Positions 35,801 through 38,800 of a DNA stretch of 64,000 nucleotides are shown here, in pieces. Both the position numbers and the translations under genes were made by a program. A model generated the notes under the pieces. It was given only the letters and a program-made list of their open reading frames with translations, searched no databases and was not told the origin of the DNA. The DNA is from Deltaproteobacteria bacterium. GTDB lineage: Bacteria > Desulfobacterota > DSM-4660 > Desulfatiglandales > HGW-15. The DNA lies in contig JAFGFM010000144.1 of assembly GCA_016931115.1 (NCBI GenBank), forward strand, positions 68,008-132,007. The letters are read 5' to 3'. Each line of letters begins with the position of its first letter. Position 1 is the first letter of the stretch.

Positions 35801-38800
35801 CAGATGAACCGCTCCCTTCAGATTCACCCTCAGACCCTTTTGCACTTGCCTTGGCAGATGAGGAGCTTGTAGTAATGGTAAAGGCCTCAAAATTCATATC
35901 ACCGGCAGAATCTATCTCCCTGTCTGTAGTAGATATAGCACTATCAGTAACCACATTCAGACCCAGGGCTATACCTATAGCTGCACCACCACCAGAGGCT
36001 GCACCATCGGCCTTTGTCTCTGTTACTCCTTTGTGATTAGCCTTTGCGTTAAAGTCACCATCTATGTCCAGTTTATCTCCACTGCCCACGTAGGTTATTG
36101 TATCGTTATTGGCTACCGCTATACTGATAGCCCCACCTATCCCAACTCCACTCCCACCCTTGGCTTCACCACCGGCTGTTGAGGTCGTGACTGCCTTGGT
36201 ATTACTGTCCGCTGACAAACTTATATCATTTATCGTTCCGGTTATTATCGCGCTGTTTTCTATCTTCGCCGTTGAGGTGTTGTTAGATATATTTAAGGCT
36301 ACAGAGGCACCTATACCTAGGTTACCTCCTCCGCTTGCAGGGGCTGCTGATTCTACTGTAAGGCTCTGTATTCCTGTTCCGGCTGATGTAATATCAATCG
36401 CTGTACCAGCATTGGCATTAGCCTCTGTAGTGGCAAGCTTCACCCTGGTAGTCCCATCGGTAATCACATAATAGATCGTGCCATCAGTTAAACCGCCTAT
36501 AGCTGTTCCGTCACCCTTGTTGTATACAACCGCATCACCTGTCTGAAGGGCATGTTTCTCCCCCAGTTCAATCGTGTCTGAGGTAGCCACAACCTTTGTA
36601 CCTGCATCAAATCCTTTGCTTGCTACCGCATCAGCGCTGACAGCCTTCACCTTCTCACCGGTCATTACAGACCCTTCAGCGTTCGCTGTCGTAGTCTCAA
36701 GTCCAAGCTGTGTAATGGCAGTAGCTGCACCAATAGCCTCCACCTTAAATTGCTTCACGCTGGCTGTCTGGGTATCTGTCCAGATCGTCATTGTCTCTGA
36801 CGAGTCAAAGATAAGCTGATTTCCTATAAACTTTACATCCACTAATGCTGCATCACCTGCTTCAAGATGACCGGCATCTACCATGGCATCTTTTATCGCG
36901 GCCTTGATATCACTTAACCATGCCTTCTTGCACTCATCCGCTGTACCTAGGTACTCCTTTGCTTCAACTGTTACAAACACACGCTCGTTATCTGTCCCTA
37001 CACGTAAGGCAAAATTAAGCGCTTCGCTTTCATCATTAATTGGTGATTCAACCGCTGTTCCACCATCCCTCCTGTAAAATACTGGGCTCCCTGTCATGGT
37101 TACTGATGTTCCTGCACTTACAACCGGGTCAGCAGGGGTGATAGTATCCGTCATTACAAACTGCTGCTTTGCCTCGTCAAAGCTTGCTACCAGTTGACCC
37201 TTGTTGTTCCCGGCATTGTTGATCTTCTCTATAACCTCACGCACAGTTGTTGCACCATTCAGGACAACCACAAAGCTCTTCCCATTACGCAGGTTAAAAA
37301 CCAGATCTCCTGTGCCAGCACCTGCTGCTGTCAGGTTAAATTCCCCGGCTCCTTGCCCGATCTTTGTATCAAGTGTGATCCGATCCGTGTCACCTGCTGC
37401 CTCTACCTTCTTCTCAGGCTCTACAGAAGCTCCTTTGGCCGTGGCCAAAACTGTAGACTCAGTAGACCCTTCTGCAATGACCTTAACATCCCCGCCAGTA
37501 AGAGTTACTGTGCTACCTCCATTTATCAGCGCCTCGTTTCTGCTGTCAGCTATGTTCAGAGCCAATGACCCAGCTATACCTACCTTGCCTCCGCTCGCCC
37601 CTGATATCGCCTCTGCGCCAATTTTGCCTGTTGTATCACCTGATACAGATCTCTTCTTGGCCTCTATTGTCAGCCAGTCCGCATTTATCGTTGATCCTGT
37701 TCCTACATAGGCCTCATTTACTGCGCTAACAAGGTTGATAGCTACCGCTGCACCTATGCTTACCCCTCCAGATGCACTCGTTGCGCTTCCATCTGCCTTG
37801 GCTGTCGCATCAGTGTTATTGCTGGAACTCAAAGTAACCATGCCGTCAGAGGCTATTGTGCCGTTATCTGGGATATATGCCTGTGCCGTTGATTTAGCTA
37901 TGTTCACCCCTATCGCTGCCGCTACGCTCACGCCACCTTCTGATGTCTCAGCAGCAGGTGTCTCTGCAGATTCCCCTGTCCCCTTTGTACCTGTCTCACC
38001 TGCCTTCTTATCCGCAAGGCCCCTCTCTGCCCCTATCTTCTTGTCTACCCCCTTATCCTTTTCAGGATCAGCATCATCCTCTTCCTTTGCGCCTGATGCA
38101 CTGGCTTTAGCGCCTGCGCTGCTTGCACCCGCATTGTAGGCCCCAAACATCACGTCTCCACCGGCTGTTATTACCCTTTCAGTCGTAGACAGGCTTATAT
38201 CATTTACTACATTAAGCCCCAGCGCTACACCTATACCTGCGCTTGCCCCTCCTGCTGATCCGTCTGCAAAGGTGGTTGTGTTCCCTGTATGCTGTGCCTC
38301 TGCCTTAAGTGCTCCGGTTATACTTAACGGGCTGCCTTCTCCTATTACTGTAATTGCTTCATTGTTAACTACGCTTGTTGCTATGGCACCGCCTAAACCT
38401 ACGCCGCTTCCTCCTGTGGCCGCGCCCCCTGCCTTCGCTGTAGTCACTACAGTATTATCAGATGTGGCCTTCAGGGTTACATCATCCGCTCCGGTGAGAA
38501 CAACTGTGTCAGCTACCTTAGCCCTCGTGCTCGTATTGGCTATATTTAGCGCTACTGATGCACCTACGCCTACGCTCCCTGCTGTAGCACCCTCATTCGC
38601 CGGATTCGCGATAACTGTGTTTACTGTCGTGTTCTCTGCTGTTAAACTTACATCCCCTGCGCCAGTTATAACCACACTCGCACCACTCTCTATCTCCGCC
38701 CGGCTATTACCATCCAATATACCTAATGCCAATGACCCGGCTACTCCTACAGTACCCCCATTAGCGCCCGATATAGCCTCAGATGATATGGTGTTTGCGA

